Source of the DNA: Candidatus Latescibacterota bacterium
Lineage (GTDB): Bacteria; Latescibacterota; UBA2968; UBA8231
DNA: 64,000 nucleotides
NCBI GenBank assembly: GCA_965200315.1
Contig: OZ241362.1
Span: forward strand, 2,240,001 to 2,304,000
Direction: 5' to 3'
Shown here: in pieces, positions 27,491 through 36,604 of the stretch
How the letters are laid out: each line of letters starts with the position of its first letter
Position numbering within the stretch: position 1 is the stretch's first letter
Position numbers and translations under genes: made by a program
The notes under the pieces: generated by a model
What the model saw: only the letters and a program-made list of their open reading frames with translations
What the model was told of the DNA's origin: nothing
Databases searched by the model: none

Positions 27491-27718
27491 ATCGCCAAGT
27501 TTCGCAGCTCGCGCCGAGAGGCCGTAGCCAAACTCAAGTCCGAAGACATCGACTACAAGCGCCTCGATGTCCTAGTCAAGTTTATCACGCCGACCGGCAA
27601 GATCGAATCGGCCCGGCGCACCGGTGCCACGCGCAAGCAGCAGACGCGCGTCGTCCGCGCCATCAAGCGCGCCCGCTTTTTGGCCCTCGTCCCCCACACT
27701 ATCGACGACACTCGTTGA
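27491..27718 (+). CDS. rpsR: 30S ribosomal protein S18 (no Zn-binding Cys); probable ATC start
   Basis: IDYKRLDVLVKFITPTGKIESARRTG...QTRVVRAIKRARFLALVP; AAGGAG SD 7 nt upstream of in-frame ATC. Confidence 0.85.
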   Translation: MAKFRSSRREAVAKLKSEDIDYKRLDVLVKFITPTGKIESARRTGATRKQQTRVVRAIKRARFLALVPHTIDDTR

Positions 27719-27736
27719 CCAAGCCTAGCGCACCCA

Positions 27737-28186
27737 ATGGCTGCCCTAGGGCTGATTGAGACTCGGGGTCTCGTCGGCGTCATCGAAGCAGCCGACGCAG
27801 CCGTAAAATCCGCTCCGGTCGAGCTCCTCGGCATCAAGCCCATCGGCGGCGGGCTGGTTTCAACACACTTTAGAGGGGAGGTTGCCGCCGTCCAAGTGGC
27901 GGTGCAAGCCGGCGTCGAAGCCGCGCTCAAGGTCGGCCAAGTGATTAGCCATCGCGTCATTCCCGCCCCCCATTTAGACGTAGAAAACCTGCTCCTAAAC
28001 CAACCCCAAGCAGCTCCCCCGCCAGCGCAGCCACCTCCCGACGAGCTAGAGGGCTTGCCAGTCGCCCGCCTGCGCCAACTCGTGCGCCAGCTACCCGACG
28101 CTCAGCTCAAGGGCCGCCAAGTTTCGCGGGCCAACAAAGAAACGCTCCTCCGCGAACTGCGCCGCGCCTCGGCACCAGACACTTAA
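27737..28186 (+). CDS. BMC-H microcompartment shell protein with C-terminal extension
   Basis: ALGLIETRGLVGVIEAADAAVKSA...GEVAAVQVAV...VIPAPH, Pro-rich linker and small helical domain. Confidence 0.88.
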   Translation: MAALGLIETRGLVGVIEAADAAVKSAPVELLGIKPIGGGLVSTHFRGEVAAVQVAVQAGVEAALKVGQVISHRVIPAPHLDVENLLLNQPQAAPPPAQPPPDELEGLPVARLRQLVRQLPDAQLKGRQVSRANKETLLRELRRASAPDT

Positions 28187-28202
28187 ACCATGCGAGGCCT
28201 CA

Positions 28203-28526
28203 GTGGACAACTTATGGAACAATTTTGTGAAAGGGTTGCAAGAAGGCGCGGCCACCGCCGCTGACAAAGCCGGCGACCTGACTCGTCTAGCGCGTGCCCG
28301 GCTCGATATCGCCGCTGCCAAAAACCAACTTCACCGCACCCAAGCGGATCTGGGAGCGCGGGTCCACCAGCTTCTCGAAGCCGGTGCCGACCCCGTGCCC
28401 GACGATCAAGTACAAGCGCTGAACCAACAGATCAAAGAGCAGAGTGCTGCGCTCGCCGATTGCGAGGCGGCCTATGAAGCACTGCAGAGCGCAGTGCGTG
28501 CGGAAGAGCGCAACGCCGATCAGTAG
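28203..28526 (+). CDS. Hypothetical coiled-coil protein
   Basis: Host-like codon usage; helical; co-oriented with the BMC gene. Confidence 0.65.
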   Translation: MDNLWNNFVKGLQEGAATAADKAGDLTRLARARLDIAAAKNQLHRTQADLGARVHQLLEAGADPVPDDQVQALNQQIKEQSAALADCEAAYEALQSAVRAEERNADQ

Positions 28527-29641
28527 CCTAACGACAGCAGCGTCTGTGGGGATTCGGGCGGTGCGGTGGCCTTGCTTTCGCGCTGGTAGGCTTGTGGTTT
28601 TTCGCTGTACTGAGCCACCAGCGTCATGCCGTCGGCTTCGCCGACAATTTCCGTAACTTCGTTTAGCAACAAGTCTTGTTCCTGAGCCGTCATTACCGGA
28701 AATCCATAACGGCGGTTCGCGTATTTCAACGGGCCGTTCTCTGCCGTGCGCACAGCGGCCCACTCTTCGTGCCGAGCCAGCCGAGCGCGGTTGTACTCAT
28801 TGGCGGCAGGAGGCGTGGAGCGCAGCAGGTTTTGCGCGACCGGCACCAACGTCTCGTCAATCTCCAAGCCGACCGAGTTTCTCCCTGCTGTTAGGGCGGC
28901 TGCCAGTGTCGTTCCAGTCCCGGCAAACGGATCGAGCACCACGTCTTCTTTGACGGAAAACATGCAGACGAGCCGGTAGGCTAGCTCGAAAGGAAAGGCC
29001 GCGCTGCGCTCGCGAGTAGGCGCATCGCCAAGCCCTTGCGAAGTTCCCTTTACGTCGAACCACACGTCTGAGAACCAGACGTTGCGCTCCTCCCAGAAGA
29101 AGGCACTCTCTCGGCGCTTGGCTTTCTCTGCGGTCGTTGTGAATGTTCGCCGCCGCCCTTTTCTAAGCACGAGAATGTACTCGTGCTCGTAGGTTACATA
29201 CGCTCCTACGGGCAGCATCCCAGACCCCATAAATTTGTTGGGTGCGTTAGTCTGTTTGCGCCACAGTATATCGGGCAACGCCGCAAAACCTTGGCCGAGG
29301 AAGCTGCTGAGTATGCGGGAGTGATTGGAGTAGAGTTGGAAATCGCCATCCATAGTTCGGGTGGCATCGCCGATATTAACGCAAGCAATCGCCCCCGGCT
29401 TCATGACGCGGCTGCATTCCATCCACACGGCATCAAGCAGCTCGTGCATGAGCGCGAAAGCGGCTCGTCCATTGCCGCCCGACAGTTGCTCCCCAATGCG
29501 ACCATCTTGGCACACGAAAATCTCATCCCACATTTCCACCATCGGATAGGGCGGCGAGGTGACTATCAGATCAACCGACTCATCCTCGATCCCCGCCATG
29601 GACTGGGCCGGGCCGCATATCAGCTTGGCGGTGGTTTGCAT
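28520..29641 (-). CDS. Beta-class DNA methyltransferase (SPPY, likely N4-cytosine)
   Basis: VTSPPY motif IV, LDPFAGTGTT motif I. Confidence 0.88.
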   Translation of the reverse strand: MQTTAKLICGPAQSMAGIEDESVDLIVTSPPYPMVEMWDEIFVCQDGRIGEQLSGGNGRAAFALMHELLDAVWMECSRVMKPGAIACVNIGDATRTMDGDFQLYSNHSRILSSFLGQGFAALPDILWRKQTNAPNKFMGSGMLPVGAYVTYEHEYILVLRKGRRRTFTTTAEKAKRRESAFFWEERNVWFSDVWFDVKGTSQGLGDAPTRERSAAFPFELAYRLVCMFSVKEDVVLDPFAGTGTTLAAALTAGRNSVGLEIDETLVPVAQNLLRSTPPAANEYNRARLARHEEWAAVRTAENGPLKYANRRYGFPVMTAQEQDLLLNEVTEIVGEADGMTLVAQYSEKPQAYQRESKATAPPESPQTLLSLGY

Positions 29642-29680
29642 GGATGCTGCAATTTCTGTGAAAACTCGACTGCCGCGCCG

Positions 29681-30595
29681 TTACAAATCTTTGGCAAAGT
29701 AATTCTCGTCCAGTTTTTTCACATCATATATGATTTCGGAGACCACGCCAACGCCGTGATTTATCATCAGACGGGCAAGTTCCTCTCCGTCTATCAACCG
29801 GATAAACTTGTTGCCTGCCGAGATAAAACGCGCCGTTTCACGCGCCTTTGGGACAAAGGACGAAGACGTGATAAACACGCCCTTACTTGCCCCTCTCGCT
29901 TCAAGGCTGCCGGAGAAATTGCGGATTTCGGGTGCTCCAACTTGGCTTTCCCAGCGTTTCGCCTGGATGTACACCTTTTCGAGTCCCAAGGCATCCTGAT
30001 TGATGATCCCGTCTATGCCGCCATCGCCGCTGCCCCCAATGGCTTGACCTTGGCCATAGCCCATTTTCTCAAGCAAACTGACTACCAATCGTTCAAAATC
30101 GGCGGGCGATACACTTTTCACCCGCTCCAATAGATCGTCGGCAAGTCTGTCACTCAATTCCCGATAAAGTACCGCAATTTGCTCATCGGGCGTACTATCC
30201 TCAGAGTCAGTGCCGACGTCATCATTGGCAGCGGTGTCCGGTGCGTCAGCATCGCCTCCGCCCCGTCGCACTGCATCTAGGTCGTTCCATCGCAATGAAA
30301 GAAGATCATTCGCGCCCGTTGCGAGCAGTTCTTTTCCCTCCTGAGTGATTTGGACGTGCCCACGCGAAGGAGAACGCAAAAAGCCGCCTTTTTTTAGATA
30401 AGCCAACACCCACTCTATGCGATTATCGAGCTTCGTTCGTCCACCCGATATCTTTTCCCGTGCCTCGGCCTCAGTCAATGGGAAACGTTCTTTCGTTGAC
30501 TCCTTGATAGATTTGTTGGAAATGGCCTCTCCGTTTGCGTCATTCGCTATTTCAAGAACCGGCTTACGCAGGTATTTTTGACTTGGAATAGCCAT
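29681..30595 (-). CDS. mrr: Mrr-family type IV restriction endonuclease
   Basis: N-terminal wHTH (NRIEWVLAYLKKGG), FERLVVSLLEKMGYG, DGGIDG, IQAKRW, LIDGEEL. Confidence 0.9.
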   Translation of the reverse strand: MAIPSQKYLRKPVLEIANDANGEAISNKSIKESTKERFPLTEAEAREKISGGRTKLDNRIEWVLAYLKKGGFLRSPSRGHVQITQEGKELLATGANDLLSLRWNDLDAVRRGGGDADAPDTAANDDVGTDSEDSTPDEQIAVLYRELSDRLADDLLERVKSVSPADFERLVVSLLEKMGYGQGQAIGGSGDGGIDGIINQDALGLEKVYIQAKRWESQVGAPEIRNFSGSLEARGASKGVFITSSSFVPKARETARFISAGNKFIRLIDGEELARLMINHGVGVVSEIIYDVKKLDENYFAKDL

Positions 30596-30768
30596 AGTTT
30601 TGAATAATCTCCCTTTCAGCTTAGGCCGGTACATCGTGCTTTCTATGAAATCATAGAATCACTTCAGACCGCTGCGACCTAGTAGTTTGTCTCATACAAC
30701 TCGCCGCCGTTGATTGCGGCTGCTCAATGCCGTATCCTTTCGAGTAGCACCCCTCAAGGAGGACAACC

Positions 30769-31608
30769 ATGGCCACACCCCGCATCGACAACCGCGATTG
30801 GTCGGCCCTCACCACCGGCCAACGCATCCGCCAACTCGAAATCGAAGGCTACCTCGTCTTGCCCGACCTGCTCGACGCCGACCACATCGCCCGCCTCAAA
30901 GCCATCACCGCTACCTTTGAGACCACAGCCGTCGATTACAGCGAACGCCAGCGCGGCCGCAGCAACATCCAATTCGACGGCGGCGAAATAACCGCCCTGC
31001 TCGGCCACCCGCCGACACTCGCGTTCCTCCGCGCACTTTTGGGCGACGAAGTGATCTTCATGCACTACGGCTATGCGCGCTCCGAACCCGGCCATCCCGG
31101 CATCAGCCTGCACGCCGATGGCCAACCCTACGGCTCCAAAATTTTCGGCTTTGAAGGCTCGTGCCCGGTGTTGATACGCGTACTCTACTATCTCGACGAC
31201 CTCATACCCGAAGTTTCGCCTTTCCGCGTGGTGCCGCGCTCGCACCTATGCCTACACGCCCACGCCAACCCCTATACGCGCTACAAATCCCACCCCGAAG
31301 AAGTCATGGTGCCCTGCAAGGCCGGTTCGGCCGTGCTCATTCACCACCGCGTCTTCCACGGCAACTTTCCCAACGTCGGTGCCTACCCGCGCGAAATGCT
31401 GGCTATCGCCTACCGACCCGCTTGGGCCGGGCCAGTTGACGAAATCAGCCCGTGGGACAAGGAAGACCTCCAGACCTTGCCCGAGGAAATCCGCCCGCTG
31501 TTTGCCGACCGCAACACGCGCCACTGGGACTACCACGGCGGCAACAAGCCCCCGAACATGACCTCCGAGGCTCCCGGCATGGATCCCAGCCGTTGGGAGC
31601 GCGTCTGA
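30769..31608 (+). CDS. Phytanoyl-CoA dioxygenase family protein
   Basis: EGYLVLPDLL, LHADG, VVPRSH, FHGNFPN. Confidence 0.85.
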   Translation: MATPRIDNRDWSALTTGQRIRQLEIEGYLVLPDLLDADHIARLKAITATFETTAVDYSERQRGRSNIQFDGGEITALLGHPPTLAFLRALLGDEVIFMHYGYARSEPGHPGISLHADGQPYGSKIFGFEGSCPVLIRVLYYLDDLIPEVSPFRVVPRSHLCLHAHANPYTRYKSHPEEVMVPCKAGSAVLIHHRVFHGNFPNVGAYPREMLAIAYRPAWAGPVDEISPWDKEDLQTLPEEIRPLFADRNTRHWDYHGGNKPPNMTSEAPGMDPSRWERV

Positions 31609-31611
31609 CGC

Positions 31612-32352
31612 TTACCGAGTGAACACCGTTCCCCGCACGTAAGACCCTTCCTCGGAAGCCAAAAACGCCAGCACGCGCGCTATCCCCATCGGGTCTCCCA
31701 GCACGGCGTTCCGCTTTGCTTCCTCTGGATCGCGGCCTGCGGCTTCTGCCCCCTGCGCTATATTTTTCAGTTTCAGCGGCGTTGCAATCCCCCCGGGACA
31801 AATCACGTGCAAGCGCACCCCCTTAGGCCCTAATTCGCCTTCAAGCTTGTAGTGCAACCCGTGCTGCCCAGCCTTGCTCGCGGCATAAGCATAGGACGAG
31901 GACCCGCCCCGTACACCCGCTCCCGAGGCGATGATCAGCAGCACGGATTGGCCGGCTGCCGCCAAGAGCGGCGTCGCGTATTTGGCCGAGAGAAAGGTGC
32001 CCTTCAAGTTGGTGTCGAGCGTCGCATCCCAATCCTCCTCCGACAGCTCCTCAATGGTCTTGAACGCCCCCGTCAAGACCCCAGCCGCGAAAACCGCCAC
32101 ATCGAGGTGGGCGGTGCGCACACCGATCTGTGCAACCGACGCAGCCACGCTCTCTTCCAAACGCACGTCCGTGGCGTAGAAATGCGCTTGGCCCCCTGCG
32201 GCCTCAATCTGTTCCACTGCGGCTCGGCCCTCCGACTCGTTGTAGTCCATGATGTGGACGCGCGCCCCTTCTTGGGCGAAAAGCTCGGCAGCAGCCCGGC
32301 CAATGCCGGTGGACCCTCCGGTTACCAGCGCATCTTTGTTTGCTAGCTTCAC
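31612..32352 (-). CDS. SDR family oxidoreductase
   Basis: TGGSTGIG, YAASK. Confidence 0.9.
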   Translation of the reverse strand: MKLANKDALVTGGSTGIGRAAAELFAQEGARVHIMDYNESEGRAAVEQIEAAGGQAHFYATDVRLEESVAASVAQIGVRTAHLDVAVFAAGVLTGAFKTIEELSEEDWDATLDTNLKGTFLSAKYATPLLAAAGQSVLLIIASGAGVRGGSSSYAYAASKAGQHGLHYKLEGELGPKGVRLHVICPGGIATPLKLKNIAQGAEAAGRDPEEAKRNAVLGDPMGIARVLAFLASEEGSYVRGTVFTR

Positions 32353-32448
32353 ACGTACCTCCTTCTATTGTGTGCGGCGACACAGCAAAAGTTGCCAATA
32401 TATCGCCATAGAGTATTTTCTACGAGTGATCTGTTCAAACCCCACCAC

Positions 32449-33453
32449 ATGACCACCAATCGCCAACTCGCCGTCTGGCTCCTCGCTGTCTCGGCTCTCA
32501 TCGTCGTCCTCGTAGTGTACGGGGGCTGGGTGCGCCTGACCCGCTCGGGCCTATCCATCGTTGAGTGGAACGTGGTCACCGGCGTCGTTCCGCCGCTCAG
32601 TGCCGCGGCTTGGGAAAGCGAATTCGCCAAGTACCGGCAGACGCCCGAATACCAGCTCGTCAACTATGGCATGGAGTTGGACGAATTCAAGTTTATCTAC
32701 TACATGGAGTTCGGCCACCGCCTGCTCGGTCGGCTGGCCGGGTTGCTCTTTGTGGTGCCCCTGCTCTATTTCCTCTGCCGCCGCGCCATTCCCCGCGCCC
32801 ACATACCTGCCTATCTGGGCATTGGCCTGCTCTTCGCCCTCCAAGGCTTGGTGGGCTGGCTGATGGTCAAGAGCGGCCTAGACGACCGGCCCCAAGTAAG
32901 CCATCTGCGCTTGACCTTGCACCTTTGTTGCGCCTTGGCCCTTTTGGCCGCTTGCCTCTGGCAGGCCCTCGGCTATCTGTCGTCTGCGGTAGCGGCTCGG
33001 CCGGTGCCCCGCACTGCGCGTCGCCTTTGCATTTGGCTGTTTGCCGCCGTCTGCCTCCAAATCGCCGCTGGCGGCCTAGTCGCCGGGCTCAAGGCCGGGC
33101 ACCTATCGGATACCTTTCCCAAAATGTTCGGGGTTTGGCTCCCGGCTGGCTTGTGGTCCATACAGCCGCCGCTGGTAAACCTGCTCGATAACCCCATCAC
33201 CGTCCACTTCCAACACCGCTTCTTTGCCTTTGCAGTCCTCGGGCTATCACTAGCACTGTGGGCGGTCGCCCGCCACACAGCCCTGAAGACTGGGTCCGGC
33301 CTAATCCTCTGCTTGGTAACTGTGCAGATCGGCTTGGGAATCGGCACGGTCGTAGCGCATGTCCCCTTGGCCTTGGCCTCGCTCCATCAGGCAGTAGCCG
33401 TGGCTCTGTTCGCTGCCGTGCTTTTTCTTTGCCACCGCACGTGCAGAGGCTAG
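32449..33453 (+). CDS. ctaA: Heme A synthase COX15/CtaA
   Basis: GGWVRLTRSGLSIVEW, EFGHRLLGR, MVKSGL, HFQHR, LHQ. Confidence 0.88.
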   Translation: MTTNRQLAVWLLAVSALIVVLVVYGGWVRLTRSGLSIVEWNVVTGVVPPLSAAAWESEFAKYRQTPEYQLVNYGMELDEFKFIYYMEFGHRLLGRLAGLLFVVPLLYFLCRRAIPRAHIPAYLGIGLLFALQGLVGWLMVKSGLDDRPQVSHLRLTLHLCCALALLAACLWQALGYLSSAVAARPVPRTARRLCIWLFAAVCLQIAAGGLVAGLKAGHLSDTFPKMFGVWLPAGLWSIQPPLVNLLDNPITVHFQHRFFAFAVLGLSLALWAVARHTALKTGSGLILCLVTVQIGLGIGTVVAHVPLALASLHQAVAVALFAAVLFLCHRTCRG

Positions 33454-34169
33454 ACCGCCTCATAGCGGTTGATGATCTCGGTTTCGACCGCGCCATCGGC
33501 CGCAATTCGGCGCACTGCAAGCGCAATCCGATGCTCGGGGTCTAGGACTTCCCAGAGACGGGCAGGCGCACAGGCGAGGGGCAACAGGTAAGGAACTCCA
33601 GAAAACGCCGGCAACGGGTCGCCATCTGAGTCGTACGTAGTGATAGCGTAACCATAGCCCGGCTCAATGCAGTCGAAGCGGAAGAAGTGGCGTTCGCTGT
33701 GCTCGGGGTCAAAAGGGCTGGCCTTGAGTATGGCGAGCCAAGCCTCATCGGCCTCCAGATCAACATAGCCCGCTATGCGCGGCGTGTAGTTGGGCGAATC
33801 CGGCTCGTGCTGCCAGCCAGCCAAGCTCTCGATAAAACCGCGACCGGCGGTAAAACCTTCGTATATGACGTCGGTATGGGCCCCATTGGAGACAATGCTG
33901 CGCCGAGAACAAACGCGCATGGCGTTGTAGATGATGAGCGTGGGGTCGCTCAACTTCGCCGGATCGGCCGCTTCGGTTCGCAACACATCGCCCTCAGCGA
34001 CGAAGATGCGGTTGCGGCTGTTGGCACTGCGCCCTGAGATCCAGTAAACCTGCATCCAAGTCCCCGCCGCAGCCCGGCCAATGACAATGCCGCGGCCTAC
34101 GTAGGGGTTTTCGGCCAGCCGTTGCTGCAAGTTGACCGCAGCCTGTTCTCTTACCGTTTTTGGCATCAT
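33450..34169 (-). CDS. purO: IMP cyclohydrolase, PurO (archaeal-type) family
   Basis: YVGRGIVIG, GRSANSRNR, SNGAHTD, EPDSPNYTPRI. Confidence 0.75.
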   Translation of the reverse strand: MMPKTVREQAAVNLQQRLAENPYVGRGIVIGRAAAGTWMQVYWISGRSANSRNRIFVAEGDVLRTEAADPAKLSDPTLIIYNAMRVCSRRSIVSNGAHTDVIYEGFTAGRGFIESLAGWQHEPDSPNYTPRIAGYVDLEADEAWLAILKASPFDPEHSERHFFRFDCIEPGYGYAITTYDSDGDPLPAFSGVPYLLPLACAPARLWEVLDPEHRIALAVRRIAADGAVETEIINRYEAV

Positions 34170-34231
34170 GCCCCATAGTATAGGCCAACGATACGCTCGA
34201 CAAAAGCGCTACTTCAGCTGCTTTTTGGCAC

Positions 34232-34283
34232 AAAAAGACCGGTTCTTTTTTCTCTGGGGAATATCGAGAAAAAGAACCGGTCT
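34232..34283 (-). terminator. Long hairpin terminator after small gene
   Basis: AGACCGGTTCTTTTT...AAAAAGAACCGGTCT with a minus-strand U-tract. Confidence 0.7.
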
Positions 34284-34310
34284 GAACGAGGCTCAGCCGA
34301 GGCGGCCTAC

Positions 34311-34505
34311 TTAACTGCGCTTTAGCACGGGTAAGCCGTTTTTGCTCTCAGACACCTGATAGCCAGCCGGCACCGCGTCGAGAGCACCTTCTTTTTCGGT
34401 TTTAGCAAAGAAGTAAATCGTCTGCGAGTTCCCGTTTTTGAGGGTCGTGGTCCGGGAATGCAGAATATATGCGACCCCCTTAGAATTCGTATGCGAAAAA
34501 GCCAT
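34311..34505 (-). CDS. Small conserved hypothetical protein (64 aa)
   Basis: AAGGAG SD; HTNSKG..Y.LH...IYFFAK...GLPVLK pattern; own terminator. Confidence 0.75.
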   Translation of the reverse strand: MAFSHTNSKGVAYILHSRTTTLKNGNSQTIYFFAKTEKEGALDAVPAGYQVSESKNGLPVLKRS

Positions 34506-34670
34506 GGCATCTCCTTACGTGCGAGATAGGAGGAAGTATGGAAGTCGAACGACGAAGCACGACTTCTCTCTGAATAGGGGAGTCTTTTTAGAAAAAAAGG
34601 CTATCTGTCCAAAATCGCAACTACTTTTATAGCCCTCCGCCTTGGGCCAGCACAGCTAGCAAGACGGCTC

Positions 34671-34699
34671 TTGACTAAGCGCAACCCATAGCGTAGAAT
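34671..34699 (+). promoter_or_regulatory. sigma70-type promoter for rpsU
   Basis: TTGACT-N17-TAGAAT. Confidence 0.6.
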
Positions 34700-34746
34700 A
34701 TATTTTTCTTACCTAGGAACTTAAAGCCAAGGGTTAGGAGCAGTAG

Positions 34747-34995
34747 ATGAGCAATTTCAGCGTCGAGATCAGATCGGACGAACCCTTTGAAAAGGCGCTA
34801 CGGCGCTTTACGTCCAAAACCCGCAAAGCCGGCTTGTTGCGCGACTTGAAGAAGCGGCGTTTCTATACTAAACCCTCGGTCCAGAAGAAGATCAACCGCC
34901 AAAAGAGCATCCGCCGACAGCAGAAAGCTATTCGCATGGCCGAGGTTGGCTTTGTCCGCGGCCCACGCGGGGCTGGTGGGCGCAGCCCGCGCTAG
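34747..34995 (+). CDS. rpsU: 30S ribosomal protein S21
   Basis: EPFEKALRRF...GLLRDLKKRRFYTKPS. Confidence 0.9.
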   Translation: MSNFSVEIRSDEPFEKALRRFTSKTRKAGLLRDLKKRRFYTKPSVQKKINRQKSIRRQQKAIRMAEVGFVRGPRGAGGRSPR

Positions 34996-35073
34996 GGTCT
35001 TTTTGTACCTTAAGCCCAGCTTGGAACGCTCAGCTCAACGCAATTAGCACATCGAAGGGAGGCAACCTTCATT

Positions 35074-35313
35074 ATGTCCGAACGTCAAAGTGGATCCGTC
35101 AAATGGTTCGATAGTTCCAAGGGGTTTGGTTTTATCCAGCGCGAAGGACAAGACGACGTCTTCGTCCATTACAGCGCGATTCGCGGCGATGGTTTCCGCT
35201 CCTTAGAAGAAGGTCAGCAGGTGGAATTTGAAACGGTCACTAGCCCCAAGGGCCTGCAAGCCCGAGACGTGGTCGTCATCGGCGCGACCCCCGAAACCCA
35301 AACTCCGCAATAA
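35074..35313 (+). CDS. Cold-shock protein
   Basis: [13 protein letters not shown] (RNP1), DVFVHYSAI (RNP2). Confidence 0.95.
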   Translation: MSERQSGSVKWFDSSKGFGFIQREGQDDVFVHYSAIRGDGFRSLEEGQQVEFETVTSPKGLQARDVVVIGATPETQTPQ

Positions 35314-35330
35314 TCCCTCCATACAAACGC

Positions 35331-35365
35331 AAAAAGCGCAGGCCCTTGGGGTCCTGCGCTTTTTT
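35331..35365. terminator. Bidirectional terminator
   Basis: AAAAAGCGCAGG...CCTGCGCTTTTT. Confidence 0.85.
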
Positions 35366-35378
35366 GTGCCAACCCAGC

Positions 35379-35801
35379 CTAGTGAGTCTGGAAGAACTCC
35401 ACGACTTCGCCGTTGGGGCCTTTGAAAAAGGCAATTGTCACGTTTAGCCTGTCCAGCGTCAGATCCTTGGGTTCGACCGTGATCTCGCATCCGGCCGCTC
35501 GCACCCGCTCAGTGGCGGCGCGTGCGTCTGTAACCGCCAAGGCAAAGTGCGTCACCGGATCGTTGGGGCTTTCGGCCCCAAGTGCGGGCGATTCGGCCGT
35601 GGGGGCGAAGAGTTCAAGGTGGCTGCCATCGCCTGCATCCAAGAGCGCGATCTTGCGCTCAGGAGAACCAAATTCGGCGACCACCTCCATGCCCAGCACA
35701 TCTCGGTAAAAGCCCAGCGACGTTTCCCAATCGCGCGTCTGCACGGCCACGTGGTGCATTCCACAACCGGCGATTATAGCGTTTTTGTCTCCTATGGGCA
35801 T
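35379..35801 (-). CDS. VOC/glyoxalase family protein
   Basis: HHVAV, FYRDVLG, LELF, HFAL, GPNGEVVEF. Confidence 0.88.
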   Translation of the reverse strand: MPIGDKNAIIAGCGMHHVAVQTRDWETSLGFYRDVLGMEVVAEFGSPERKIALLDAGDGSHLELFAPTAESPALGAESPNDPVTHFALAVTDARAATERVRAAGCEITVEPKDLTLDRLNVTIAFFKGPNGEVVEFFQTH

Positions 35802-35840
35802 CGACGTTCTTCCTTTCATGGCACCCATCGGGACCGACGG

Positions 35841-36203
35841 TTAAAGCAGATAAAAGAGGATGTAAGCCGCCAGCCCAGTGCTGACTATGGCACCGCCGTA
35901 GCAGAAGTAGTGAATGGGAAGGATCAACTTCCGCACCCCAAATTCGTGGAGCATGAAGCGGATGCGGTGCGCCGCGTGATAGAGCGGTAGAGCGGCCACG
36001 ACGAAAAAGACCACTTTGACCAGCGGGTGACTGAGCAACTTGTTCATGGCCTCGTATCCGCTCACTTTCGCGCCGATCAAGCCTAGTGGCTCGGCCAGCC
36101 CGACGAAGTAGATCAGCACGGGGATCAGCATGGCAGCTACCACGCCGCCAGCGGAAAACAGGCCCCACCAGAAAGGTTCGGTTTTGTCTTGTTTGTAGCT
36201 CAT
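35841..36203 (-). CDS. frdD: Fumarate reductase membrane anchor subunit D
   Basis: EPFWWGLFSAGG, YHAAHRI; start at ATG 36203 inside the longer ORF. Confidence 0.88.
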   Translation of the reverse strand: MSYKQDKTEPFWWGLFSAGGVVAAMLIPVLIYFVGLAEPLGLIGAKVSGYEAMNKLLSHPLVKVVFFVVAALPLYHAAHRIRFMLHEFGVRKLILPIHYFCYGGAIVSTGLAAYILFYLL

Positions 36204-36205
36204 GG

Positions 36206-36604
36206 CTATAGCGCGTACAGGAAAATGCAGCCAACGGCCGCCGACACGAGGAAAAACCCGACGAAGGCACCAGCCGTTACCAACTTGGGCGGCACGGTGA
36301 ACGCGCCCAGCTGCACAACTTGGACCCGACCCATTACTCCCAGCCAAGTAATCGTGTGGTAGAGCGCAAAGACAAACGCCACCGCGTAAAAGGCCACAAA
36401 CGCCGGTGCCGTCAGTTCGTCGCGACAAGCCGCATACGCCTCCGGCCCCTTGGCCAGCGCAAAGAGCTGGTAGAGGAAGAGGAGGACGAAGGCGGCGACG
36501 AAGACGCTGCTCAATTCGCGCATCATAAATAGGAAATAGTTGCGGCTCTTTAGCCACCAAGCCGGAGATAGCTTTGGCTTGTAGGTTTCGTACGACTGGC
36601 TCAT
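36206..36604 (-). CDS. frdC: Fumarate reductase membrane anchor subunit C
   Basis: [23 protein letters not shown]. Confidence 0.85.
   Translation of the reverse strand: MSQSYETYKPKLSPAWWLKSRNYFLFMMRELSSVFVAAFVLLFLYQLFALAKGPEAYAACRDELTAPAFVAFYAVAFVFALYHTITWLGVMGRVQVVQLGAFTVPPKLVTAGAFVGFFLVSAAVGCIFLYAL

Noticed and set aside
30660-30690. Possible duplicate of the 28203-28526 gene tail at the right edge of the Mrr/MTase cassette
   Set aside because: Similarity is limited to about CGA.C.AGTAG with no conserved peptide, so it is indistinguishable from chance.
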